Part shown: piece after piece, positions 23,897-37,249 of the stretch
Layout of the letters: each line of letters begins with the position of its first letter
Numbering within the stretch: position 1 is the first letter of the stretch
Source of the DNA: Veleropilina oligotropha
Lineage: Eukaryota
NCBI GenBank assembly: GCA_048128005.1
Contig: JBEUKZ010000060.1
Location: 310,001 to 374,000 of the forward strand
Direction: 5' to 3'
Length of the DNA: 64,000 nucleotides
Position numbers and translations under genes: made by a program
The notes under the pieces: generated by a model
The model's database searches: none
What the model was told of the DNA's origin: nothing
The model's input: only the letters and a program-made list of their open reading frames with translations

Positions 23897-26059
23897 CGTT
23901 TTGCCCTCCCTATGCGTGGTACACGCATTCCTCCCCTCTCTAAGTTCCTGATATAGCTGTGGTTTCGCTAGGACACTTGAATGAGTTGATATACGCATTC
24001 TATTGCCCGGGTCTTCTGATGCGTATTCTATTGGGAACCTGGAGAGGTGGTAGGAAGGGGAGGTAAGTTTTTAATAAGAGGTGCAAAAATTGTCAATTTT
24101 TCAACTTCCGGTTTAGCGATAATGGGGCCATTATGGCATTAGTAAGGACGTAAGTATATTATTGTTAATACTAGGATTACCCTTAATCCTCTTTTTAGCG
24201 ATCTGAAGTAGATCCTGCATCTTTAAGGATAGTATAAGAAAGGAAGTGATAAGTGTGCTGAGAAGAAAGTTTGTATTCATTTATATGTAATAAACAAATG
24301 TCATCCGAGCTGGTTTCAGTAATCGTTTATTTTCGAGTTAATGTATCTTTTTGAAAAACAAGACATTGATGGACTAATTTGTAAGGCCATCGACAGATTA
24401 CCCCATGATGAAGGCATTTTACTTAGAAAGCTTTTGTTGTATAACGCCATAATATGCCGTTGAACTACAGGGTCGTTTCTATATATAGTGTTATAGTTAT
24501 GAATTTGAGAACTATTTGGAAATATTGTCATAATAGGAGCAGGTAGATTCTTGTTATAATAATTAAAACCTAGTTTGCTTAAATTAAATTCAATCATATC
24601 TTCAAATTTTAATATTTTTAATCTCTTAAATAAGGGATTGGTGTGGTCATTATATTTTGCATTTACTATTATCCGCATACATTTTTTCTGCAATTTAAAT
24701 ACTTTATTAATTTGAGATCTTCTGGCCATTGGGCCCCAAAGAGTTATGCCATAGGTCAGATGGCAGTGTATCGAGCTGTAATATAGGTTTCTTTTTATAT
24801 AAGTTTACTGCAACAGAGATTATACATGTATGCTTCGCATTAATTTGTTGTATATATAATTTGTATGATCCATCCAATTTAAATTTTGATCAATAATCAT
24901 ACCTAAAAACTTTGTTGATCTAACCTGTGTTATAGCTTCATTATCTATTCTGAGTGTGTTTTCTCCTGGGACAGTGGTATTTTTGTGTGTAAATAACATG
25001 CTATTTGTTTTGCTGATGCATTAAGAGATAATTTGTTACTTTTAAGCCATTCTGATATTGCTTTCAAATCTTGATTGGCCATTTTATAAATAAGCGTTGT
25101 ATTGTTTCCTGTAATGTACATTGTTGTGTCATCTGCGAACATTATCATCTTTAGATAACGTAAGCATTTATTTACATCATTTACGTATATTAAAAAGAGA
25201 AGTGGTCCTAGCACGTCTGATCCCTGTGGGACACCACATTCAACTGGCATGTATTTGGATACAGTGCTGTCATTAGAGTCACTGTGGCGTTTGACTCTTT
25301 GCATTCTGTCTTGTAAATAGCTCTGAATCCATTGATTTGGTAATCCCCTTATCCCGTAGTGCTCTAATTTACTTATGAGTATTGTATGATTTATAGTGTC
25401 GAACGCTTTTGATAGGTCCAAGAATATACCAAGTGTATATTTTTTCTCTTCAAACCCATTAATTATGTTACTTATATAAGTTCTGTTACTGCATCTATAG
25501 TGTTATGTTTCTTTCTAAAGCCATATTGGCTACGAAATAATATATTATTAGAAGTTAAATATCCATATATTCTTTTATATATAATTTTTTCCAGCACTTT
25601 AGAAATGGTGGGTAGCAATGAGATTGGCCTATAGTTACTTATGACGTGCTTGTCTTTATTTTTATGTCTTGACCTTTTTGTAAAAAAGGACAAGACATTA
25701 TCAAATGATCCGTGTGTATATATGCATATATATATGAAGAGTTCAGGCGCAAAAGCCGACAAACGCCATTTCGGTCGAAAATAAATCAATACTACCTCAA
25801 GGAAGTTCGAGGTGCCGTCTATCGGTTGCGCAAATTCTGTTTTGGCAAAAGCCGACACCTCCTTCGTCAAATGCACTTGCCATTGCAAATTTCGTTTCAG
25901 AAACCGACAAACGCCTTGCTCCGTTTTCCGCAATAACCGACAGCTCCACTTGAGCAATCGACACGCCGCAATTGGTCACGTGATTCAATATGGCTGCGCC
26001 CATGATCGTTCGCTAACTTCCAAAATCTTCGCATATTTCTTCATAAATTCGCAAAAGTA

Positions 26060-26474
26060 ATGGATAATTTCGACGATATTGATGAGCCAGTGGTTTTATC
26101 ACCAGCTGGCCGTAAAAGAAAATGTAACCGAGGTACTTATGCACGCTCTTTAGTAAAAAAAGCACGCCATAGTGGTGCAGGGAAAATCGCACATATTTCG
26201 TGTACACACAATGCACGTAATGTTTGCATGGCGACTTCCCTGTCCGACGATGACCTAAAGTACGCACATGACCAGCTGTACTCGACTACAGACAAGGTTA
26301 GTCAGGATGCCACTCTGCTTTCGTACATGGATATCAAGAAATGTGCACGCAGGCGAGCCAAGGTAGATGATGTTGCCAGGAGGAATGACAGGGAATGCGC
26401 AGTGAAGTACTCCATGTTGACTTCAAATAAAGAGAAGATTCCAGTGTGCAGGGCCACCTTCATGGGTATTTTTG
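26060..26474 (+). CDS. Sola1 transposase exon 1
   Basis: ATG at 26060, ...KIPVCRATFMGIFG|GTGAGT donor, phase 1. Confidence 0.85.
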
Positions 26475-26576
26475 GTGAGTATACCAAGGCACATAAGTCA
26501 CAAGTTAATTATTTATTCGTTTATTAATTTAATTTTCTGTCTGCCATATCCTGCATTTTCATGATGGTTATGTAGG

Positions 26577-26835
26577 CAGGGTTTCCTCCATAAATAAATA
26601 AAGTCAACGATATGCGGCGTGGACCTTAGTTTATTGTTAATGTTTTAAATCTGTATCAAACAAATGCTGTATTGTTCAATCATCTGTCTCATTGATTAAA
26701 TATGAAAACAGCACAAATCTATTTTGTCTTTTCTAAAATATTGTCAAACCCAATAATGTGAGGGTACGGATCGGTACCCTCAGATAATTTGAGGGCATGG
26801 AATTTTATCCATTTTACCATCTGGAAAAAACCCTG
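26577..26835. mobile_element. Small MITE in the Sola1 intron
   Basis: TIR CAGGGTTTCCTCCA / TGGAAAAAACCCTG (12/14 match), flanked on both sides by GTAGG. Confidence 0.55.
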
Positions 26836-27047
26836 GTAGGGGAAATATTTTTATTTATTTTTTATCAATGAGTTTCCTGGTCAAATTAAATAAATTTAAC
26901 CCCGCAAAAATATTCTGTCCAAAATGCTAATAAAATTCTTTGAGTATGCATAGTGGGTAGGCAGGGTTACAGCACACAGACAATTATTTCGGGCCAGTCA
27001 TAGTATATTAATTTGTTTCTTATAAGCCTTTTATTTTATCGTTTCAG

Positions 27048-28411
27048 GTGTGAAGAAAGATCGGTTGGCCAACATTGCCAAATATTGGTTGAAGAACGGA
27101 GTTGCCAGGCCTGAAAATCGTGGAGGTGGGCGAAATCTGGAGAGGAACAGTGCCAGGAAGCGTGCCATCCAAGATCACATCAAGACATTCACCTGTCGTG
27201 CTAGCCACTATGCGCGTCGTGGTACCCCAGGTCGAAAGTTTTTGCCCACAGATTTAAGTGTCAAGAAGATGCATCAGCTATTCCGTGAACAGAATCATGA
27301 TCAAATTTCCTATGCACTGTATTACAGTGTGTTTATGTATGATTTTAATTTGGCATTTGGTCATCCCGCTGTCGATATCTGCAGTACATGCATGAAGTAC
27401 CGACTGCAGCTCAAGGATCTTTCTATCACAGAGGAGCAGAAACGGAATTTTTCTGCCATGTTCATTCTTCACAGGCGTCGGGCGAGGCAATTCTATGACC
27501 GCTTAAACAATGTCGGGGATTCCTTCACTGTGTGTTTCGATATCATGGAGAATCTAGTTCTACCGAAATCCCCCATTGGCCAAACGTACTATTCAAGGCA
27601 GCTCTACCTGTATGTTTTTGGTGTAGTTCACCACCGCGGCCGAGGTCAACCACAGGGAAAAAATGACATTGATCTTTTTGTTTGGCTAGAAAGCCAAAAC
27701 CGCAAGGACAGCAATATGGTGGCTTCAGCACTGAACCACTATTTCGTTTCTGTTGTTGGAGATGAGCTGAAAACATACAGAGACTTGCGCCTTTTTTCAG
27801 ACTCCTGTTTTGGCCAAAACAAGAATATCAATGTGTTGTCCATACTGTTTGCATTGCGAAAACAGAACTTTCCACAACTGAACATTGAGTATACGTTCCC
27901 AGTCCGAGGTCATAGTTTTCTTCCTGCAGATCGCGCATTTGGCAGGATCGAACAGGATATCAGGAAGCAGAATACTATTCTGCTTCCCCAAGAGTACGTG
28001 GAAATTCTGGGCAAACATGGCAATGTACACGTGTATGGTCCCGATTGGAAGTGTCGAGATTTCAAGGCAGCTACAGCGGAGAATTGCAAGTCCCAGCGGT
28101 CCTTCAAAATTAGTGACAGCAAGGTCCTACGCATCAATTCAGAGAAGGTCGGTTTCAAGCAGGTGTACGGCGGAGACTTCTGTGAGCATGTTGTTCTCAA
28201 GAGGGGTAAAAAATGGGAGCGCTTCATACCAGCCATCGCTCCCATGGTCAACTGTGTGAAGCCTGCCAAGAAAGATGACGTCCTCAAACTTCTTGGTGAG
28301 ATTGGTGCTTCTGACACAGTCCGCGAATTCTATGAGGAAGCCTTTGCCGATGTGGGCGTTCAGAACATTGGCAGACAGGACCTTGAGGAGAGCAGTGATG
28401 AAGAGGACTGA
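27048..28411 (+). CDS. Sola1 transposase exon 2 (spliced protein 592 aa)
   Basis: TTTCAG acceptor in phase. Motifs ENRGG, SHYAR, FGHPAVDICSTC, CFDIMENL, YYSRQL, SDSCFGQNKN, FPVRGHSFLPADRAFG. Confidence 0.88.
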
Positions 28412-31368
28412 GCACTTTGCTTATCCATCGGATTATGTACAGTGTACAGAAATTGTGAACAAAATATTGGATGTTTTCCCCGTCATCACAATGTAGGAAA
28501 TGTGGTATTTTTTCTTAATATTCTTGGTGAGCCTACAAAAATTTCAAAACATCATTGGCAATAATATTGTTAGTACTGTGAAAAAGATTGATATTTTTGC
28601 TCTTTTCCTGTGTTACACTTTCTTATATTTTAGGATTTGAAACAATGTATTCAGGAAATTCCTCTCTTGAACATCTTGGACATTAGCATGTAGACCAGTG
28701 ATCTTAATCATCTCCTACTGGAAATTTTGTAGCAACACAGTCAGTGCAATGCTAGTCGCATAGCTATGCAAACCATGACTCCTCTTCTAGTCTGTGGCAT
28801 AGGTTATTCTTTTATAATCAATTTTAGTTTTTGATTGTGTATTTTAATTCAGTAACAAAGAACCAAGTCCCCCCCCGACACACGAAAAAATACTACGTTT
28901 CAGACCTACTCAAGACAAATCAAAATCTAACCCCATGGTGTTTTTTTATATGAATGGATTGCACACTAACAAAAGTATGAAGTCCATTATTTCTGGTGTG
29001 CGGTACACCCGCCAAAAACAGCACTCGAAAACACCAAGATTGTTCTATAATATTGTGAAATGTATTATTCTCAATGCTCTGCAAAGTCTTAGCATGAGTG
29101 TCATCCTTGTTCCTTGCACTGAAGCTATATTCTTGGAATCTGGGGGTTTTCTGAACGTACTGAATGGGGGTGTGATGGAATCTTGCGTAGGTTGGGTGAA
29201 TCTGGGGCCAGGTAACCCAGTCATAATGCTTGTTCATTGGTCTCTGGACCTCATTGTAAGTAGATTAATATGTCTTGTTTATCTTGAATCAATCATCAAC
29301 AATCATAATACTTACCATTATTACAATTTATTAACATGTTTGTGCGCAATAAAATATTTTGGATTTGTCGGTTTTTGAGAAAAATGTATCTTGTGGAGTT
29401 GTCTGTTTTTGCCGACAAACAGACTACAAAAACACTTTTTAAACTTTTTCAAATAAATTTAGATTTTGGATATTCTGTCCTTTATTTACTTCACTTATAT
29501 CGACTCTGAAATACCCTATGTGAAATTACTAGCTTTAACCCCAAAAGCATACCAAGAAAACCTGTTTTACAGACAATGACAAATATGGAGTTGTCTGTTT
29601 TTGCAAATGAACTCTTCATATATATATATACATATATATATATATATCCGTCGATTTATTTGAAAACTACCAGGTCAATTTTCACCAAAATTGGTACACA
29701 CATTCCCAAGAGTATTTGTAGGTCGTGTATATAACTTTCGCGACACAATTTTGCAAAAATATGCATTTATTGAGCACTTTAATCCATATTCGTATGTAAC
29801 TGATGTCTAATATTGCAAGCAAATAGCAATGACGTCATTATGACGTCTCTTTAGATTAATCGTCATTTGGTGACGTCATAATCGACGGGGTAGTAATTTA
29901 AGCCATGAAGTACTTGCACTTAGCCATTGTATTAACTGTTATGAAAATTTGAGGGAAATAAAGAAAGGTCAAGACATATTTCGAACGCGTCGTTCTTGTT
30001 ATATACTGGCGCGACTTCTGCTAATTTCATACTTCTGGGGAAAGTTCCACATTCTATTGATTTATTAAATATTAGTGTTAATGGTCGGTTGATGGTGTGT
30101 ATAAGCTTTTTTAATAATATATTATTTATGTTATCATGACCACTACTTGTTTTATTTTTTAGGCGTAAGACAATAGTTGTGACTTCACCAATATCAGTGG
30201 GTACTAGAAACAAATTTGAGTCAGTTCTATCAACCATATATTCTTTGAAGCCCTTTGTTGATGGTGGAATTTGATCGGATAGTTTTTTACCGACTGATGA
30301 GAATAAGTACAAAATTTGTTGCACAAAGGCCTATATCATTCTGACATCGCTAATACCATATCTATATCAAATATACTTACGTCCTTACTAATGCCATAAT
30401 AAGCCTATTATCGCTAAATCCGGACAAGGTGGAAATGGTAATTTGCACTTTTTAGTAAATTTAACCCAGCTGACCCACTGACCTGCTCGACCTCCTCCAG
30501 TTCATGTCTATTAAGAGCTCGCCAACTCCCGCGAGATCCTCGTGACCCAAGGGTCAAGACCTCATCCGAAGTTTTCCGCTCGATTGAACAAGTCGTGTTT
30601 TACTTTGCTCCACATTTTTTTTGGTGAAAATCGATCTTTTCGAGCCTGATCTAAAGATCAATATAGCTCATAAGGTTGTTGATAGTGTTATGTACACGTT
30701 TAGTGGAAAATTAGAGAGTTTTCCTCCTGAATAAGCCCTTCTTGGAAGTTTTTCCTGTCGACTACAGACAAAAAACGAAATCAACATCCTCCATTGACGA
30801 CGCCATCTTGAAATTCTGAAAGAGAAAATAAAGAGGACGCTCAGAGGGATATTTAAAGAAGGAAGCTCCCTAGCAATTACTACGGAGTCAGGAGAGAGTT
30901 GTATTATTGATATTGATTGAATTTGCATTGCATTTCATTTATATATACGATAATTCCTCAACGACGTTTTTCTTGCTATAAATTTATGTAATAAATTTTA
31001 TCGTCGTTGAAAAGCAGATTGTTTAGAATTTAACTATCGTTATTTTGGTAAATCTGCTAAGTCGGGGATAACACGCCGAATTCTAACAAATTGATATATA
31101 TACATCCAAGAGGTTTTAGGTGTAAAGGGCGGTTTCTGTATAAGAAAGACCTCCCGTTTCTCAATTCGTTGGCCGACTTGTAATAAAAAGGTTTATCAAA
31201 GTCGGTGTTTTTGGGCGTATAATCCGCCGTAAGTTTTTAAGCGTATTTCAGCCTTTTCTAACTCTCGGATCAGGTACAATCGAGGTTGTAGTAGTAATTT
31301 GGTAAACTACCCAGGAAATATCCTTATCACTTAAAAACCCTATCTCCTACCTACCCGTGTAAGTAGCT

Positions 31369-33606
31369 ATGCAGTATTGCAGTGTTTCCGGGTGCCGACA
31401 GAAAATCCGTGGTTTTGACAGGCACTCCGAATGCATTATTCACCGTGTTTGTTCTAGCGATAAGAACCATCCATGTGAGCATTGTATAGCACTAACAAAT
31501 CGGCAGTGGGAGACTCTTTTCCCATCGAAGAAGACGACCAGGGTGTCTTCTTCCGATGGGACAGCCACCGAGAAGCTTAAAAGTTTAGAGACAGGCTTTG
31601 ATCCTATACTTTCTGTTTCAGATACTCTCGGTAATAGCCGTGTTGGGACAGCGGTTATCGCGGGATCCACCGTCCGAACCTCTGAGACTTTGGGAAAAGT
31701 CCCAGTAACTTCGTCGGGATCCATGGTTCAGGTACAGGCCCGAGTGCCGTCCGATTCCTCGCCTTTGGGCCTAGTAACCGCTGCTCATAGTATCTTGCCG
31801 GCCAGTAAGATACGTCGAGCGCTGCGGCGAAAAGCTGAGCAGGGCAGACAAAACCTTTCCTCTCCTCCGGCCTCGGAGGAGCAAGGCAGCGTTAGTCCTT
31901 CTGTGAGTCAAGTAACCTCTGAAAAGAGGCGAAGGAGACTAGCAGAAAAAGTCGATACAGTTGCTGGATACCACGAAAGTGGGAGAAGTTCCAGACGCTC
32001 GACGCAACCCGTCCTCTCGTCCGACAACGGCGCTAGCTTAAAGGCTAATCCCGCCACCGTCGGAGCCCACGAGAGTGATGGAAGGCCAACCTCCTGCGAC
32101 GCTTCTTTTCAAGACGTCCCGTGTGGTGTGGTAGGACCGGCTGCGTTCGGGGCTGAGGCTTACGGCGGATTTTCCCCCGTGTCTCACCCGAACAGGGTTA
32201 CAGACCCGTATAGACTGTGGTCGCAGTCTTACGGGTCGTTCGCACCGTTTAACGCGCCTTCGGGCCGTTTCCCTGGCTGCGGTTTCCCGACAGGTAACCC
32301 GAGTCCCTGGTACTCGGCTCCACCTGTCCGTGCAGCCCGTCCACCATGCGCTACGGTAACCTCGAGCGGACCAATGGCTGTTGGTCCGACGTCCGTCATG
32401 CCTACGGGTTTCTCTCTTGAGAACGTCCAGGCTATGATTGCGACGGAAATCGAGGCACGTTGTAGGTCCTGGCAACCGGCTACCCTGCCGCCCCAGGTCC
32501 CAACGTCTCTGACCGTAACGCCGGGCTCGGCTCATGTTTCGGTGATGGAAGTAGATTCTCGTACCAACCAGAACACCACTCCTACTCCTCACTCTGACCT
32601 CCCTGAATCGGTCGGACCAGACGGCTCTCGTAGTCGTTCTGGCACACATGAAGCCGTCTCCGCCACCCGCCGAAGGTACGACGCTGTTGCGTCGCTTCGC
32701 GGGGTGCTTGACTTGCTCGACCCGGCCTTGCCGGTAAGCGGAGTCACGCACAGGACAACGGCACGTCGGTTTGATGGGCCGGAAGCCCCCCTGCTTCCTA
32801 CCCTACCCCAGTCTGGGTTGGTCTCGCTCGTCCTCGACTCGACGACTAAATCCATTCAGGGGTCCAAATCGGTGGAGACTTCCACTTTAACGGAGTACCC
32901 TAGTGGTCTCCGTAAGGGAAGGTACCTCCGGCCCAGTAAGCGTCCGATTCCGATCGGGTGCTCTGGGACGTGTCTGGCGACCGAGCCGGTTCAGATCGAT
33001 GCAGCGATGCGTCGCCTGTCGGCCAGTACGGCTCCCTCGGTAGTCAAAGTCCCATGGGTCACCATGGAGGGCTTTGAGAGCTCCGCCCGTCGAGCTCTAC
33101 GGCATTCCTCCATCCAGGATTCCTTCCTGGACGGAGCTATTACCGTGCTACAACAGGATGGACCCCGCGCTCGAGAGATCGCACTGTCCTTCCTCGAAGA
33201 GGTTGCCGCCGCCACGGAGAACTACGCGTCGGAATCAGCCCGATCCTTAGGTAATGCGGTCCTACTCCGTAGAGACGCTTGCCTAGACGGCACCACGTTA
33301 GACGACGCCACCCGGCAGTCTCTACGTTGCATGCCGCTGTCGGCCCCTACTCTCTTCGGAGACAAATTCGCCGAATTTGTCGAGAACAGAGCGACCGACC
33401 TCAAGGATCGCGCTGTTGAGAAGGCAGTCTTGGATACTCGTCGTAGTACGTCGGCTGCCACCTCAAGGAAGCGCTCGGGACCGTCCCGGTCCCATAAGCC
33501 TTCCAAGCGTGCCAACCCTTCGCATAGTGGGCCTTCTCAGGCCAATAAATCTACTGCGAAAACGGCACCTCCGACCAAATCCCGTCAGAGCGGGAGAGGG
33601 AAGCCG
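31369..33606 (+). CDS. DIRS-B gag-like ORF1; stop removed by a 138-nt deletion so it runs on into the overlapping frame
   Basis: MQYCSVSGC...DRHSECIIH...CEHC and GNAVLLRRDACL. Aligns with DIRS-A gag as far as RGKP. Confidence 0.85.
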
Positions 33607-35547
33607 CGGTCTAGGGTTGGTTCGACATCCAACCCTCGTCGCGACACCACCACCAGGACGCGCTCGTCTCTTATTAAGAGAAAAACAAGCCGTCCTAGAC
33701 CAGGCAGTGCGGGACTTACTCTCAAACAGAGCGATTTATCCCGCGCCGCCCAGCACACCAGGGTATTACAGCCACTTTTTCCTGGTCCCGAATACCGCTG
33801 GCCGTTGGCGACCGATCCTCGATCTGTCGTGCCTCAACCAGTATCTTCGTACCGAGATGTTCAAGCAAGAAACACTCTCGAAGATACGAACGGCCATCCG
33901 TCCGGGCGACTGGGCAGCGTCTATCGACTTGACCGATGTGTACCTACACGTTCCGATGCACGTCTCGGCTCACCGGTACCTACGGTCTGTCCACGGGGGA
34001 ACGGTCTACCACGTCAGGTGTCTACCGTTCGGTCTATCGTCAGCCCCGTACGTCTTCACGCGGGTAGTACAGGCTCTTGGGGCCTTCCTACACTCGCAAG
34101 GGCACAGAGTACACATATACCTCAACGACTGGTTGATTCCCGGGGCGTCCCGGGATCAGTGCCTCCAGTCTATGAGCGTTACCCTGTCATCGGCGAAGCG
34201 CCTAGGATTACAGATCAACAACAAATCCTGCTTCGTGCCCTCGACGACGTTTACATTTCTAGGGGTCGAATTCGACACGGTCCGGTACACCGCGAAACCG
34301 ACTCAGAAACGTATAGAGAACCTATGCGCAGTTATACTGAAAACGAGGTTTTCACGGATAACGACAGCGCAACGACTGACCACTGTCCTAAGGCACATCG
34401 AGTCGGTAGCTCCCCTGTTACCGACGGGTCGCACATAAAAACGACCGTTGCAGCAGGCCTTCAAGGACCGCTGGATACAACGTACGGGACAGTGGACGGA
34501 TCGCATCGATCTACGGCATTGGTTTACTCGCATGACAGCAGTATGGCTGAACACTACCCTGCCGAACCAGTCGGTTCCGATATCCCCCCCAGAACCGAAC
34601 GCCTCCCTCTACACGGACGCGTCAAACGAGGGCTGGGGAGGTCACCTCGACAGTCACGTGACATCGGGCCTTTGGCCGACGGACCTGCAGGGACGACACA
34701 TAAACTTCCTAAAGTTCGAAGCCGTCTACCTGTCAGTACGGTCCCTCTCGTCACATCTCCGCACCAAGCACATCATGCTAGCAACGGACAACACGACTGT
34801 CGTCGCTTACATTCAGCACCAGGGCGGCACTCGCTCCCGTCCACTTTGCGACCGAGCGATCGACCTACACCGCCTAGTGATGTCACTCAACTCGACGATT
34901 CGAGCCCGACACATCCCGGGACAGCTGAACGTCAGAGCGGATACGCTCTCTCGGAAAACACAGATTCTACACACAGAGTGGACGCTACACGCCCGTGTAG
35001 CCGAGATGTCTGTCGCCTGTGGTCGACGCCTCAAGTCGGTCTATTCGCAACCGAATTCAATCACCGACTCCCTCTCTATGTGTCTCCTTACCCGGACCCG
35101 GCCGCTATGGCCGTCGACGCTCTGTCAATGAGATGGGAGAATCTGATCGCCTACGCCTTCCCACCATCGTGCATGTTGGCACAAGTACTACGGAAAGCGA
35201 CCCGCGAAGACTGCGAGTTGACGCTAATAGCACCTCTACAACGCACGCAGTCCTGGTTTCCGACACTTCTGGATCTACTCATCGATCAGCCACGAGCGCT
35301 ACCGCAGATGACAGACCTGTTATCGCAATCGCGCAGTCGGGTTCAAGACCCATCGGCGAAAGAGTTTCACTTTCACGCCTGGCGACTATCGAGAGATCGC
35401 TCATCAAGAAAGGCTTTTCTAGAGCGACAGCCCAGCGCATTTACCGATCTAGAAGACAATCTACAACTAAGGTATACGACTACCGATGGAAGAAATTTGT
35501 GGATTGGTGTCGCGGGCGGCACGTCAATATATTCCGCCCCCCTGTGA
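33377..35547 (+). pseudogene. DIRS-B pol (RT/RNase H/MT), disrupted
   Basis: Same motifs as DIRS-A, but YLDD reads YLND, TAA at 34436-34438, 1-nt deletion near 35002, and the N-terminal VG..W..WV..GY block is deleted. Confidence 0.92.
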
Positions 35548-36461
35548 CTAAATTTATCGAGTTCTTATCGTCGTTGCTAGAACGGGGAATGTCAATTTCC
35601 GCAGTCAAAGGCTACCGTTCATGCGTAGCAACAACGTTACGGCAATGCCGCGAGCACACCCGCTTGTCTACCGACAAAACAATATCGGACTTCATACGCT
35701 CCTATCAACTCGAACGGCCCATTCAGCGAGTGCGACCGCCCGCTTGGAATGTTTCGTTAGTTCTCAATGCTTTACTTAGAGGCCCGTACGAGCCTATGAG
35801 TGATTGTTCCCTTAAAAATCTCACTTATAAGACCGTATTTCTTACCGCCCTCGCCACCGGTAACAGGGCCTCGGAGATCCACGCTTTATCCGGAGAGCTT
35901 CGAGACATACACTTCCACACCAATGGGTCGGTGACGCTGCATACTGTCCTTGGCTTCCTAGCGAAGACACAACGACCTGAAGATATCAGTCCCGAGGTTT
36001 GTATCCATAACCTCTCCATGCTGGATAGAAGTGATATCGACCGCCTCAACTGCCCGGTCCGCGCGCTGAGGTTCTACCTGGATCGCACCCGAGACTTACG
36101 GCACGGTAAAAAGAATTTATTCGTTAGCCACATGCCTCAATTCCACCGCGACATTCGCAAATCGACTGTATCACGTTGGATAGTCTCTGTTGTTAAGGAT
36201 ATTTACTCTCGGTCCAATGAGCCAGAACGAGATCTCGTTTCAATCCACGCGCACGAGACCCGTGCAGTAGCGACTTCCGCAGCCTTCAAATATAATTTGA
36301 ATATCAATGAAATCTTAAAGGCTTGTTACTGGAAGAACGCAAATACCTTTGTTCGCTTTTACCTGCATGATTATGCGACCACGGCTAGGGGTGAACATCG
36401 AATTTCCTTTGTGGCGGCAGGACAACAATGTATCACAGGATCTGGGTCTTCCCGACAGTGA
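35019..36461 (+). CDS. DIRS-B tyrosine recombinase, with an N-terminal extension overlapping pol
   Basis: FLTALATGNRASEIH, CPVRALRFYL, AHETRA, CYWKN, FVRFYL. Frame uninterrupted. Confidence 0.92.
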   Translation: MVDASSRSIRNRIQSPTPSLCVSLPGPGRYGRRRSVNEMGESDRLRLPTIVHVGTSTTESDPRRLRVDANSTSTTHAVLVSDTSGSTHRSATSATADDRPVIAIAQSGSRPIGERVSLSRLATIERSLIKKGFSRATAQRIYRSRRQSTTKVYDYRWKKFVDWCRGRHVNIFRPPVTKFIEFLSSLLERGMSISAVKGYRSCVATTLRQCREHTRLSTDKTISDFIRSYQLERPIQRVRPPAWNVSLVLNALLRGPYEPMSDCSLKNLTYKTVFLTALATGNRASEIHALSGELRDIHFHTNGSVTLHTVLGFLAKTQRPEDISPEVCIHNLSMLDRSDIDRLNCPVRALRFYLDRTRDLRHGKKNLFVSHMPQFHRDIRKSTVSRWIVSVVKDIYSRSNEPERDLVSIHAHETRAVATSAAFKYNLNINEILKACYWKNANTFVRFYLHDYATTARGEHRISFVAAGQQCITGSGSSRQ

Positions 36462-37249
36462 TTGGATTATGGAATTTTACCAGACACTGAGGTAATATAA
36501 TGTAATTCTATTTGTGTACATTGAAATCACCTTTAGGATTTACTCCAATGTTATTTCTTTCTTAAACTGATTAAGAAATTGAAATTATCTATTCATACTG
36601 AGTTAATATGAAGCAATGCCCACATTGGATGTAAACATTTATATTATTAAATCTTAAAATGTTTTTTTGTAAATAATATTATTTTTCAAAATGTTCTCCT
36701 TGCTGTCGCAGAACATTTCAATGTGCGTACATTGGAAAATTTTAATATTATTCTCTACTTAAAATTATTTAAGTAACATGTATCATGTTGACATTTTGCA
36801 AGTTGGACATGCAAAAAATTTATTATCCAAGATGAAGTTATTGAAATTTTCTTCAATCTATTGATATTTGTCACGGTTTTATTACACTATCTACCTGCCT
36901 AGGTTCGGGTGTTTCTAAAAACCACGTCTTGCAGTTTTCTGTCTGCCGACCTTTGAGTCCGGAATATTCAGTCCACTGTCTTTGCTCATGACACGAGTGC
37001 CTCAAGGTATACCTTCCGCCGGTGTCCGGAGCTACATGCACTTTCGTGTTACCTGTCCGACTAACATCCCTGGCGTGTTTTCCCAGATTTCTTGGTCGAA
37101 ATCTCACCTCGGGGTAAGGGTAGATTTGATGCTCAGTAAAATCCACTCTGAACGGACTCGATCTCAACGCTAAAGCGTCGTCTTCTGGTAACAAGTAAGT
37201 TTTAATTTTGGTGTATGGAACTTATAACTCCGCCAACCAAAGTTATTCT

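Larger units (their letters stand above)
16816..24193 (+). mobile_element. Full-length DIRS1-type tyrosine-recombinase retrotransposon (DIRS-A)
   Basis: About 185-bp inverted termini (about 16828-17013 versus 23972-24160), a 3' extension, ICR at 23807-23896, and gag, RT/RH/MT and YR ORFs. Confidence 0.95.
25736..29617 (+). mobile_element. Sola1 DNA transposon, apparently autonomous
   Basis: TIR GAAGAGTTCA.../...TGAACTCTTC, 4-bp TSD ATAT (AWWT), subterminal AAAAGCCGACA-type repeats and an intact spliced transposase. Confidence 0.85.
25662..30000 (+). mobile_element. HINE/Helentron-like element inserted in the LINE and itself hosting Sola1
   Basis: Subterminal IR ATGTCTTGACCTTT/AAAGGTCAAGACAT, (TA)n microsatellite, terminal hairpin plus CTTGTT. 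Removal restores LINE VY-KNKD. Confidence 0.75.
24290..30350 (-). mobile_element. Decayed CR1/L2-group LINE (RT) split by nested insertions at 25662-30000
   Basis: Minus fragments: KTSSGHDNI, AEVAPVY|KNKDKHVISNYRPISLLP, QYGFRKKH, DLSKAFDTINH, GVPQGS, MFADD, LQKKCMRII, HTNPLFKRLKIL. Frameshifts present. Confidence 0.88.

Noticed and set aside
23990..24040. Hammerhead ribozyme in the DIRS-A TIR
   Set aside because: Has CTGATGC rather than CTGATGA, and no properly placed GAAA/stem set.
31369..35547. 1392-aa ORF as a novel giant protein
   Set aside because: Chimera of gag, the overlap frame and the MT domain, created by a 138-nt deletion and a 1-nt frameshift evident from comparison with DIRS-A.
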